Origin: Octopus bimaculoides
Taxonomy: Eukaryota
Direction of reading: 5' to 3'
DNA length: 64,000 bases
NCBI RefSeq assembly: GCF_001194135.2
Contig: NC_068985.1
Span: 31,883,079-31,947,078, forward strand
Positions 26,651 through 38,700 of the stretch are shown piece by piece; position 1 is the stretch's first letter, and every line of letters begins with the position of its first letter. A model generated the notes under the pieces. The model did not search any database and was not told the DNA's origin. It saw only the letters and a program-made list of their open reading frames with translations. The position numbers were made by a program, and so were the translations under genes.

Positions 26651-26949
26651 TAATTATTGAACAAATTTAAATTCCATGGATAGCTATTACTTTGTATCCT
26701 TAATATAAATATGTTTGCTTCACTATATCATCAGGAAGCTCTTGACAATGTATCAGATTAAATGATATTTTAAAGCTTATATGTTAATACCTTTATAAAA
26801 CTGTGTGTGGCATATGTTTCTTTCAAAACAAAATGCACAACAAAAATGTCTTTAGAAATAATTAGCTTGAATTTGATTGTTGTTAATGTGTTTTTGAAAG
26901 CTTTCATTTCAGGTAAATAGGTTTCTTTTCTTTAGTACATATTTTTTTA

Positions 26950-27372
26950 ATTAGAACATGTGGAAGGAGTAGATCCAGGAAGATGTGGGACGAAGTAGTG
27001 AGAAAGGATCTACAGATATTGGGACTTACAGTGGGGATGACACCTAACGGATTGCTGTGCTTGAAAAGATATGTCAAGCTAAGTAAAAGTGTGGCTGTCT
27101 TTGCATACAGTCTTGTCCCCTGCATCCCTCTCCAACTGAACATTCCTAATCTTGCAGGTTCGTAGATGCTGGTGCCATATAAACAAGCCTATGCCAGTGC
27201 TGCGTAAAAGCACCCAGTACACTCTGTAAAGTGGTTGGCATTAGGAAGGGTATCTAGCTGTAGAAACCATACCAAAATGGACATGAAGCCTGGGCAGCTC
27301 TTCAGCTGGCCAGCTCCTGTCAAACTGTTCAACCCATGCCAGCATGGAAAATGGACATTAAATGATGATGAT
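26950..27372 (+). mobile_element. RTE-type LINE 3' end
   Basis: GRSRKMWDEVVRKDL (RTE ORF2 C-terminus), then the family 3' UTR and the gacattaaatgatgatgat tail. Confidence 0.8.
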
Positions 27373-28199
27373 CTGGCAAAATAAAATTTAATAGGATGGT
27401 TGGAATGGCAGAAATAGTAAAATACTAGTCTAGCATTTACTTTCACTGAAATAGGTTTTATAAGTATTTCCCTGGAGGCTTATATACAATAACTACCAGT
27501 GATATACTGTAATTTGATTCAATGTAGACCCTCCCCAACAAAATGACCTTGAACTTTTTCTAAAGAATACAATTATTAAATTCAATAAACTACTTCCAAT
27601 CAAAATGTTTACTATGTTTCATTGATGAAGCAATGCTGTAGCATAAAGCGAAGGAATTTAATTTGGTTTTCATACAAATCAAATTCCTGTTAAAATAATA
27701 TAATAAATGGAAAACAAAAACAAAGTTCAAACAAACAAATAATGGTCTGTATTTGTAAAAATTATTTAGTGAAGTTAGTATGCCATGGGAAAGGAATACT
27801 GATGTTTCAGAACTGACAGAGAGATGTGAAGGGGAGCGAGAGAGAGAGAGAGAGATCTGAATTTATGTATGTTGTATAATATATACGTAGAAGCAGTAAA
27901 GAAAGGATGGGTGTAAACAAAATGTGCTTGGTGTTTCCATCTTCAGACAAGTTTTACCATGCAGCTTGGATAACATTTGAGAATTACAATAAAGTTATAA
28001 CTAGGTTTCAGAATGTGGTGATTGTTTATCTTTTTCTTCTGGATATTAAATATATTTGTATTTCATCTCTCTCTCTCTCCCCCTCTTTCTTTCTCTCAAG
28101 TTTGACCATGTTGAATAAAGCTATTTTCTAGCTATTCAGTTCAATCTATTCGACAAGAACAACAAAAAATGACAGATAAGGTGTTCAACCAGGAAAATA

Positions 28200-28700
28200 G
28201 CAGATCTTCCAAGCAAAGGCTTATATGACCCAAGCAATTCATCGCCGTGATCTCAAATTGTCAACACTACCAATGAACATCACAACAAACATATGATCTA
28301 TTCACAAACTATCGAATGATTTCACTCAATTGGATGGTTACTCTGCCAACGATAGGTGCATTAGTAAATACTGTTGCGCACTATAAAATATTCATTTCAC
28401 TGGAGTTGATGAATGCATATATCTCAGATTCCATTTGGCTTAATCAATGCTGTTGCTCAGTTTTAATGAATTATGGACAACTTCATAAGAAACAGTAATC
28501 TAGTGGATACATTTGTCTATATGGACAATGTTCGTGCCTGTCACACAACACAAACTGAACATGATATTAATCTTACTAAGGTCCTGCAAGCTTTTAAAGA
28601 TGCCCATGTTACTTTTAACAAGCAGAATCCAACTATAGTAGTACATTCAAGGACTTCCTTGGTTATACTATATCACAAGGATTGACCACACCCTATCTTC
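28200..28700 (+). mobile_element. Gypsy reverse-transcriptase remnant
   Basis: Peptides IPFGLINAVAQF and MDNFIR..LVDTFVYMDNV..TEHDINLTKVLQAF..LGYTISQG; YMDN corresponds to YxDD. Confidence 0.75.
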
Positions 28701-30837
28701 AATGACTGAATCCTCCATAAAAGAGTACTCTTCCAAATGATGTAGTCTCTTTTCATCAGCTAATTGATATGTTCTACTTCTACACCAGATTTTCCATTTC
28801 TCAAACAAAATTAAACTATAGATGAAAGTAGATACATTTCCACACATAAAAAAAAAAAAAAGCGGTGGAAGGGATTTCTTTAATTCAGTTGAAGAAGGCA
28901 TAAAATTGTCTGTTATTCTTGCTGTTGATGGCATTATTCATTATTGAGATGGGTGTTTCTGATTTTGCCATTACTGCTCACTTAACAAAATAGGATATGT
29001 TGCCATTTTCTCTCATTCATTATGTAGTTCTAAACAGAATCACTCCAATCTAGAAAGAAGCATTTCACAAGTATTGGCAGATATTTCACTCTAGTAAAGG
29101 ACCAATAATCAGTTAGTTGCACATATGACAACAATTAATGTGGTAAAACTCAAGAACAATAGATGGAGAATTGAACTCACTTGTTACCAACATAATATAA
29201 TCTACTCCCACAAAAAGAGTATTTTGGCTGATACATTATTGTGAATTTGTTGTTCAGTCTGGAGCATCCAACATTTAATGACTTACATCTCTGTCATCAT
29301 TGATCCTGGTATCACAAGAATTAATCTTACTTGAAATTTACCATGCTCTCTTGAAGACATCAAGAATTATCTACTGCATATTAAATCTGTACTGAACTGA
29401 AGCCTGTATTCTACAAATCACTTAGTTCTACTTTGATAAGACACTAAAAAACCTATGAATACCTCTTATTTGATTTCAAGTGTTTGTTACTTTCATCTCC
29501 ATGCAATAACCCAGAACCATGTTACTGGGAAGCAAACTTCTTACCATGCAGTAATGCTAGTGCTTGTTTATTAATTTAGAATTAAGAAATTTAGCCTGAG
29601 GTCAAGCATAAGTGAGCAGGTTCATGAGTCAAGTCATTCTAGCCATAACCATTGGATTTTTATGGGGTAACTGATGTGATTTTTCTTTGCTTAAGGCACT
29701 AAGAATGATATTTAATTAAGATTTGATTGCTATTTCTAGCAGGCTTGGATAGTCATGGCAGCAATGCTTTCCAGCATGTTTGATCAGGTTTCACTTGTGG
29801 TTAAACCACCACCAACTTTCATTCACAAGGCTTTGGTTAACCTGGATGATCTTACTTATGGTGTCACACAATGAGATCAAATCTGAAACCACACTGTTAT
29901 GGTTCAAGGAGATCATTTGGAATAGCTATCACTACCTGATAAGGAATGAGAAGGGCAAGGAATTGGGTGGATTTTTACCTTCATGTTTTTTGTTTTCTTT
30001 TTAATATTCCTGCATTTCATACAATGAAAATATGATTATGAAAGAATTTTTTTGTTCAAAAATTTCAACTATTTTTGCATCCCAATCCTTGTTCCCCATA
30101 AAGTCCACCAGATTCTAAATGGAAGAACAAATCAAAATGAGTAATTGGAGAATATGCAAGATAATTTTTTGCTAATATTCTCAACCATCATCATCAAGCT
30201 TATGCATAAGCATTCTTTCAGTTATAGAGAAGAATAAAAAAATTGAAAACCTGAAAAAAATTTTCTCAGAATCATATATCCAAAAAATTAAACGTGGAAT
30301 ATACTCCAAAAATTATTGAAAATATGTTAAAAAATTACTGGTTGATAGGTTGCTTATTTGACATATCCGTCTTAACATTACTAAATAATGTCAATATACC
30401 CACTTTCATTTTGTGATCACAAACCAAAATAATGCCATGTAATTTATTGCAAATTCAAGAACTTTTATATTATGGAAACAGCAAAGTCCTTGAAATAAAG
30501 CAGTTATAAGTGAGACAAAATGAAAGATTATGGAAAACAGCAGCAGAAATCTAAAAAGTGAAAACAGCATATTAAATTCAGAAATTATCTAAAATATCTT
30601 ATTTATCAATAATATTTGTTGTTTTTTTTAAAATTAATGAGGAGTGTTCTTTTATTAAATAAAGAGTTTTCATTATTGATGTGTTTAAAAAAATAGGGTG
30701 GGAAGGGATAGAGAATATCTGCTATCCTGTTATATACTATTTTGGGCACTTATTTATCTGAAGAAGAAAAATGGGGAGGGGAAAGACATATTGGCTCTAT
30801 TAATCAAATATCGATTTCAAATATTTTCAGAAGCAGT

Positions 30838-31085
30838 ACTTATTCTATCGGGTTCATTTGCAGGGACGTAAACACACCATCGGTTGTCAAGCGATGATGG
30901 GGGACAAACACAGACACTCGATTACGACGGACTTCTTTCAGTTTCCATCTACCAAATCCACTCACAAGGCTATAGTAGAAGACACTTGCCCAAGGTGCCA
31001 CGCAGTGGGACTGAAACCGGAACCATGTCCCGGGGTCGATTTACTTGTTTCAGTCATTTGTCAAATGACTGAAACGAATAAAAGA
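30838..31085 (-). mobile_element. tRNA-derived SINE, reverse orientation, rearranged
   Basis: Reverse-complement match to the 34937 family (agaagacacttgcccaaggtgccacgcagtgggactgaa), joined to a second tail fragment. Confidence 0.8.
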
Positions 31086-31801
31086 ATATATATATGAGTT
31101 CTCGGTAGATTTCAAAGCAAGGACAGAAGATAAATAAGCCGCTAAAACGAAAAAATTGTCTTCGTTGTTATGAATTTAATTATAAGAGCAAGAAACACAA
31201 ATTCATTTTAATTAAAAATATCGACAGTAATTCCGGACCCAAATTCACGAGATCCATTTGTAAACAACAAAAGTCCTAATCCGACAGTGTCAAAGCAGGA
31301 AACTGACGAGGGGTTGCCGCCCCTCAACCCCGACTCCCAATGGGTTTTTGTGTAAACCCGTTAACCTCAATGTTTTTTCATGAACTCTAAAGATCTTGGT
31401 CATAATTTGGAATACATTTCCTCCACACACATAAACCCTAACCTTATCGATACACAATGCAGTCTGTTTTTTAACAACAAACTCGAATAGTTTTTGTTAT
31501 ATCTCGGGAGGGTCTTTATGTCAAATACAAAAACAAAATAGGATAGTTTTCAATAAGGGAGTCCTAATATCCTTTAATGAAATATTGAATTATTTAAACT
31601 AACAAGAACGTAACAAAAGCCAATTAACAAAAAAATCCAAATATTTTGATTATATCTCCTGTTATTTCAAAATATAACTGAATTGCTTTTAAGATGCTCA
31701 TCTTACTATATATAAAACACAAAATTTATATATTTGTTAAGCAGAATAGAAAAGAAAATATTTTTCATTTATATATATAAATTACCAACTGAATAAACGT
31801 T

Positions 31802-32509
31802 TTAATCTGCTAATCTTAAAATACTTTTTTTCTCCAAAGCTTCCATTTCTTTTAAAACATACGAAACATTGTATCGGAGTTCTTGAAATTTAGTCAATGG
31901 TACCTCGAAGGTTGAAACTTCACCATTACTTAGAATTAGTTCCACGAAGAGATACGGTTCTAAAACTCGGTTAAGCACGCTGGTGGATATTGTAGTGTCC
32001 ACACGCCACCTAAAAGATTCTAATTTAGGTAATGAAGGTCTGCAAGCCAACATAGATGTATCAATTTCTGATCTTTTAGCTCCATACACAACAGTTTCTA
32101 AATCACTTATAAAGTCAGAAGGAATGTTCAGTTCAGCTAAATCCTCTTTAAATACATCAACCTTTAAAGCTCCACTTGGTTTCCTGAATGCACATGACAG
32201 CAGAGTGTGAAGCCCTGTGTGAATAATCCGTAATCCTTCTTCGTCAATTTTATTTGAACTTAATTGTTTAAAATCCAACTGGATACGTTCTTTAGAGTTT
32301 TCTTCCAAAAATAAACTTTCATCTTTTACTTTATCCGAAAATGTGAAACCAGAAACAACAGAATGTAAGATTTTGCGAAAATTTTTTTTATCGATATCCG
32401 ATACGATTTTAGACATAGAACGGATCTCGGGTGGTATAACTGGTCCGACAAACAAGGTTCTGTCGATATTTCCACCCAGTCCTGTCCCTACAACTTTTAT
32501 AATGGACAT
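31802..32509 (-). CDS. COMMD5: COMM domain-containing protein 5 (HCaRG), single-exon CDS, 235 aa
   Basis: Uninterrupted ORF from ATG to TAA. The N-terminal FVGPVIPPEIRSM..DKKNFRKILHSVV and the COMM domain LPKLESFRWRVDTTISTSVLNRVLEP..LILSNG..FEVPLTKFQELRYNVSYVLKEM match COMMD5 as I know it. Confidence 0.93.
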   Translation of the reverse strand: MSIIKVVGTGLGGNIDRTLFVGPVIPPEIRSMSKIVSDIDKKNFRKILHSVVSGFTFSDKVKDESLFLEENSKERIQLDFKQLSSNKIDEEGLRIIHTGLHTLLSCAFRKPSGALKVDVFKEDLAELNIPSDFISDLETVVYGAKRSEIDTSMLACRPSLPKLESFRWRVDTTISTSVLNRVLEPYLFVELILSNGEVSTFEVPLTKFQELRYNVSYVLKEMEALEKKSILRLAD

Positions 32510-32566
32510 CTTTCAAACATACAATCTTAATTAGAAAGACATCAACATGTCGTTTCCACCCCTCGA

Positions 32567-32591
32567 GTCACGTGATGAAGATTTCCGGTTC
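32567..32591 (-). promoter_or_regulatory. COMMD5 proximal promoter: E-box (GTCACGTGAT) and ETS site (GAACCGGAAA on the sense strand)
   Basis: Both motifs lie 58-82 bp upstream of the ATG in a CpG-rich patch. Confidence 0.6.
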
Positions 32592-33689
32592 AAATTTTAC
32601 AAGCAGACTAAATCAGAGGAGCACATTCTCATGTATGTAGATGTAAAAGTGTGATTTGGTAAGCAAAGCTTATGACCTAATTTAAACTCTCCGTTATAGA
32701 TGTTAAATGGAAAGTTGAGCAAATACTTTGATAAGTATATATCAATTCTAAAACGAACGTTATTCGAATGACGGCATGTACGAAACTGAATTTACACACA
32801 TACACACACGCTAAATCATTATAGCAGGTCCCTGATCATTCGAATAAATACTCGGTTCGGTAATTTAACAGTTATTAGTAGGATTGTCAGTTATTCCTAC
32901 TTTATCGGGAGGTTTTTTTAAAATGAAATAGAAATTATACAACCTATTTAGACGTGTTTTCTTTCTATGTAAGGTTTTATTTTAAAAATATATTTGGTAT
33001 TTTGATAAGTTCTTGTTAGAAGTCCTTAAAGAAATTAATTAAATTATTAACGGAATAAATTTCTGATAGAATAAGCGTATCATCGGTCTTGTTATGCATA
33101 GACCACTGTATTACTAGCTGGTGGGGAGAAGCAGAAAGGGAATGTAATGGCGTTCATGCTTTCTCTAAAGAACTTATTAGCGTAAGTGAAATGAGCTGGT
33201 TAAAACGGGGAATTGAAACCAACTTGATGGTGAACAAGAGAAAACAATGATAGCGAAAGAAAACAAAAGGGTTTTTTTTTTAAGGATTGGCTACAAGTTT
33301 AATTACATAAACCTTGAATTTGCCTTAAAAGCTATTTTATAGGTTAGAGTATGATTTGGTATCGTTTAAAAAAAAGTGTACATAATATCATATCCTTGCC
33401 AAACTTTTCTTTCTACACCACTCCTTATTTTTGCTAGATCTGAATAAAGTAGCATTCCTTGCGAGTTCTCCAACACTGTGAGTATGTTAACAGATGTTGA
33501 TATGAGCAAAGACGAAATTCCAGAGTGCCAACATTCAAGGGAGGAATAACGTGGTGTAATTTTTAGTATGCAGCCTAAGATGAGTCAAGGGTCAATGAAT
33601 GGAAGTGTAGCAAATGTATACCATGATTCATTCTTGAAACTTTTTCATGCTCAAACACGAAATGTAACTGGTATTTGTCACATCAGCAA

Positions 33690-34710
33690 ATATCCGACCA
33701 AAGCTTACCAATGAGACTCAACATACACATCATATTCTTTGATTGATGTCAGTTAAAATTCTAATGAATCTGTAGGGACCTCCGTTACAAATCCAATGAA
33801 GAGAGTAGCAAACAACAGGCAGGGAACAGAGTCAGACGAACACATGGACAGATTCAACCTGGTCATCAGTTAGTGAGCAGCTTGTTGATTATTCTAGTCA
33901 GTGAGAAGTCCATGAGACAAGATGCTATTGACAAGTAAAGATAAAAGAAGCAGGGTTATGAGTGATGAAGTAAGACTGCAAGTGAAATTCTTTCTATAAC
34001 TGATCACATAAGCCCAACAGAACTTGTCATGTGAAAAATTTTGCCTAATTCTCTTTCAACAACCTGACTGTCAACAAAATATGTACACTAGTTAACTATT
34101 CAGATATATCGACATTCATCAGCATGCAGAAAATTCTTTCTCTACCTAAAGAAGGACACACCTACATTGTGAAATGAACTGTTTTTCTATTCAGGTTTCG
34201 CTGTATCAGGGTATTTCTATCTGAAGTAATGAGAAATATATGATGAATTTTGACTTGTTCATTTCATCAACTCTGGTTCATTATCCTATTGTTACACTGG
34301 TGACCTTAGCAACAATGAATCAAAGAATTTTTTATCCAACATGTTCTTGAGTGAACTTTCACAAGCAACATCTCAGCAATTTTTTTCTTGCTACAGAACA
34401 TTTTGCACATATGAGATGCCCAAAGAACACCAGTTGTGCCTTTTCAACTTCTATACAATCTGTAGTATCCCTAAGGATCATGTCTTTCTGTATTCATTAT
34501 CCCATTGTATGGCTCATTTATCTCAAGGAACAATTTCTCACTGGATTTTGGCAGACAGCATGTGTTTCCTATGTTATTAGTGCTATGCCATCAGAGATAA
34601 TTCAAGAAATCTAAGATGTATTGGTAGACTGGTATTAACACAGAGAATGGGCCAAGAATTGTGTCCGTTGCCAGAAGGTAAAAATTCATCACGATGCTAA
34701 ATCACTTCAA
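33690..34710 (+). mobile_element. Very degenerate Gypsy pol remnant (RNase H to integrase zinc finger)
   Basis: TDH-like motif near 34000 and WAKNCVRCQKVKIHH at 34648-34692, resembling the W.R.C..CQ..K..H integrase motif; many stops. Confidence 0.55.
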
Positions 34711-34936
34711 TGAACTTTCTGAACACTTAATGCCTGCTTTCACTATATACCTTGATATTGTAGGGTTGCTTTCCCTTTAAAACTTTAAGCACTTTATATC
34801 TTATATATCTTGGGATCAATACCTCCAGAAAACCACCTTTCATCAATGAAATCTATAAATAATGCTATATATATCTTTACAAAAGTTGACCAAATGCATC
34901 ACAATCTCTTTTCTCATCATCTACAAATATTTTTCA

Positions 34937-35318
34937 GGTGCAGGAGTGGCTGTGTGGTAAGTAGCTTGCTTACCAACCACACGGTTCTGGGTTCAGTCCC
35001 ACTGCGTGGCACCTTGGGCAAGTGTCTTCTACTATAGCCTTGGGCTGACCAAAGCCTTGTGAGTGGATTTGGTAGACAGAAACTAAAAGAAGCCCGTCGT
35101 ATATATATATATATATATATATNNNNNNNNNNCCATTGCTTGACAACTGATGCTGGTGTGTTTACGTCCCCGTAACTTAGCGGTTCATCAAAAAGAGACC
35201 GATAGAATAAGTACTAGGCTTACAATGAAAAAGTCCTAGGGTCGACATTCTCGACTAAAGGCAGTGCTCCAGCATGGCCGCAGTCAAATGACTGAAACAA
35301 GTAAAAGAGAGTAAAGAG
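34937..35318 (+). mobile_element. tRNA-derived SINE with CORE-like domain, best-preserved copy
   Basis: A-box-like TGGCTGTGTGGTAAG, B-box-like GGTTCAGTCC, CORE-like GCACCTTGGGCAAGTGTCTT, an internal (TA)n with a gap, and tail gactgaaacaagtaaaag. Confidence 0.88.
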
Positions 35319-35541
35319 AATGTAAGAACTCAAAAAAAATGTGCTATTGACATACATACAAATAACCTCTTTGCTGGAAATTATCCAAATGATTTGGTTG
35401 ACAAATGGTTGATGCTTTAAATGAAAATCATAAGATATGATCATAAGTCTTTTTATGCCAAACATTCTACATTCAATCTTGCTTTATCATGTACGTATGC
35501 AATAAAATAAGAGAAACAACACAGGGAGACTATTTAACAAG

Positions 35542-35547
35542 TTTATT
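35542..35547 (-). terminator. Probable NDUFS2 polyadenylation signal AATAAA
   Basis: First AATAAA that I found on the minus strand after the stop, about 140 nt downstream. Confidence 0.55.
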
Positions 35548-35685
35548 TTTCAGAACGGCTGTTATAAAAGTCTATCGACACTCTATAAAACTCTGATAAA
35601 TATATGTAAAAGCCATTAAGTAAATAAATTCTCAATATATCATGGCTGGTCTTCACAGATTTGTTTCATCCATCTACTTATGTCT

Positions 35686-35723
35686 TCATCGATCAACTTC
35701 ACCAAACACAACGTCCAATGTTC
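35686..35723 (-). CDS. NDUFS2: NDUFS2 exon 14
   Basis: (G)[11 protein letters not shown]; acceptor ttttaactcag. Confidence 0.95.
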
Positions 35724-38700
35724 CTGAGTTAAAATAATAACATTATAATCAATATTATATTTACATAATAACATTATGATGAACACTACATATTTACATA
35801 AACTAATTTAAGTAAAACCATCTTTCTCAACAACTTTCATACCACTTTATGCAGTAAATCCAACGATAAAGCTACTTCAAACAAGTTGTGTCTCATTTCA
35901 TCTTCAGAATTGTCTAGTTTAGAAAATAGAATTTACAAAATAAAAATATAAACCTCTTCAGATTTTACAACTACCTATTTTGCTTGTTGAAAATATAAAC
36001 AATTTTAAATGTATGCATTTTCATAAAGAGAAAGTAATGTTGAGTGCCAGAGCAGAAATTTTGGATGGGCACTTGAAAAATTAATACTTTGTTAAGAATT
36101 ACAAAAGTTAAAAATTAGCAAATTTAAAGCAATGTAATTTAAAAAAAAGAGGAATTGCTTGTTTCTTGGGATATATTTGAAAGACTTAAAATCTGAAAGT
36201 CATATGTAATATGGCATTTCATTTTGCTAGTTTTACTATGAAGTTCAATATAGTAACTAGTGCTACACTGGTCATACATAAATTTGAAGGAATGATTTGC
36301 ATCAAGTTTGTTATGCAGAGAAAGTAAATGAGACATATTGCAGAAAACAAAGTCAAATTCTTAGAGATATACGCTCTAATATAGACCATTGATGATGTAA
36401 CTGTATTGCAAAAATATAAAAGGCAGGTCGAAATGAAGGAAAGTTTAAATGTCTTGTTTTATGATAAGAGAGCATTTAACAGCATTATTTTTTCTATTTT
36501 TTAAAGCCTATTATTTATTATGCATTTTTAGTTAAGTAATCTAATGTCATGTATACAGATGACAGTTGTTGTTCAACACAGAGAGGGAAGCATACACAGT
36601 ATAGAATTTTGAGAAAAGCAAGAGACTAGAAAAGAAATTTGGAAGTGGAACAGCAAATAAACATATTTTAAAGATAAATTTAGGGCTAGTTGAGAAAGAA
36701 AGAGACAAAAAAATTTTTAAATCATCAACATCATCATTTAGCATCTGTTTTCCATGCTGGCATGGGTTAGACAGTTTGACTGCAACTGGCAAATTGGAGA
36801 GCTGTACCAGGTTCCAGTTTAATTTGGCATGGTTTCTATAGCTAGATGCCCTTCATAACACCAACCACTCAGAGAGTGTAGTGGGTGCCTTTTACATGTC
36901 ACCAGCACTGGCCACGACTAAGGTATCACTTGGCTTGACAAGTCTTTTCAGGCACAGCAAACTGCCAAAGGTCTCAATTACTTGTCACTGCCTCTGTGAG
37001 ACCCAACAATCGAACATCATGCATCACTACCTCATCCCATGTCTTCTTGGGCTTACCTCTTCCATTGGTTCCCTCCAGAGCTAGAGATTGGAACTTCTTT
37101 ATGCAGCTGTTCTCGTCTGTATGCATCACATGGCCATACCAATACAGTCTCTTACACACATCTGATGCCTCTTATACCTAATTTTTCTCTCAAGATGCTT
37201 ACACTCTATTGTACATGTACACTGACATTGCACATCTAGTGAAGCATACTAGCTTCATTTCTTTTAAGCCTTCGCATATCCTCTGCAGCCACAGCCCATA
37301 TTTCACTGCTGTGTAGCATGTCTGTTTGCACACAGGTATCATACAATCTGCCTTTCACTGAGGGAGAGGCCCTTTATTACCAACAAATTTAGAAGCCCAG
37401 TCTATTGTTACCAACAAATTTAGAAGCCCAGTCTATTCTTCTAGCAGTTACGTTCATGGAACATCCACCTCCACTGCTGACTTGGTCACCCAGATTACAA
37501 AAGCTATCAACAACTTGCAGGTATCCTCCACTGACATTTGATGGAATCTATTTTCTGTACATTTCCAATACATCTACCACACACAAAAACTATTTTCCTT
37601 GTTAACCTTCTTCAGATATTGCTGCACCTCTTATGTATCCATTGCCTGCACAGGATACACCTTATTGAGTTTCTGCCTATGCCTTTTCTATATGTCATTT
37701 TTAATATTATCAGTATAAAATTTATTATTTACTGTAAAGCAGTGAAATATTGAGTTCAAATTCTACTGCTCATAGTTTGTACTCTTAGTCAAGACATATT
37801 TGCTTGTCTCAGTTTTTCTAGCAATGTAATTTTACAGTAAGAAATGATGGCACAATGTAGAATATCATTAGAAAAATGCTTACTTTATTTAAATAATAAA
37901 ATTGTAAACTTATCCTACATATATTAGCAATGAAAAACAAAAAATTAGGAAAAAAGTGAATAAATCTATTTCCTCACCTATAATGGCCACAACATCAGCA
38001 AGCATATGTTTCTTTGAAACTTTGTCTAGGGCAGCCTGAAAAAGATTTTTTGCAAATGGTAAATACAATGGAAAAATATTCTAATTTTCAATGAAGTATT
38101 TCTTTTAACATGAGAAGTATTAAGAACTAAGCAGTTTTGACCTTGAGAATCAGAAAGTAATTCATAATCACAAATCTGTAAACATAGTTATTGTATATCA
38201 ATTATATTTTTACCAATCTGATGAATTATTAAATTAGTTTCCTTTCTTTACATAAAATTTAAAATATTGCTAAGAGAAAAGTCATCAAACTTGTCTCATC
38301 TGAAGTTGCCATAATTAAATACTTATTTCAGTATCTTCACTGATTTTCATCAAGCAGCCAATGCAAATAATAAAATGTCACTCAGCTTTATTAACTATTT
38401 AATATCATCATTTAATGTCTGCTTTCTATGCTGGCATGGGTTGAACAGCAGAGCTGCACTAGGCTCTGATTGTTTTGGCTTGGTTTCTATGGCTGGTTTC
38501 TTGGTTTCTTAACACCAACCACTTTACAGAGTATACCAGGTGTTTTTTACATGGCACCAGCACAAGTACTTTTTACATGTCACTAGTACCAGTGCGGTCA
38601 CCAAGTAGCTTGCAAGTCAAAGACCTCCCGGCTGAGAGAGGGAACGAAAGTGAGAGAAGTGACTGTGTGTCAGGCAAGAGGTTAGAGTATGATAGAGGGG

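Noticed and set aside
31180-31257. MDLVNLGPELLSIFL, resembling an F-box start
   Set aside because: Stops after 25 codons with no splice donor.
34937-35010. tRNA-like A and B boxes (also at 58200-58273)
   Set aside because: These are SINE heads: no cloverleaf or acceptor stem, and they continue into repeat bodies.
37377-37438. 31-bp tandem duplication
   Set aside because: Local slippage inside a dead RTE copy; two units only, with no spacers, so not CRISPR-like.
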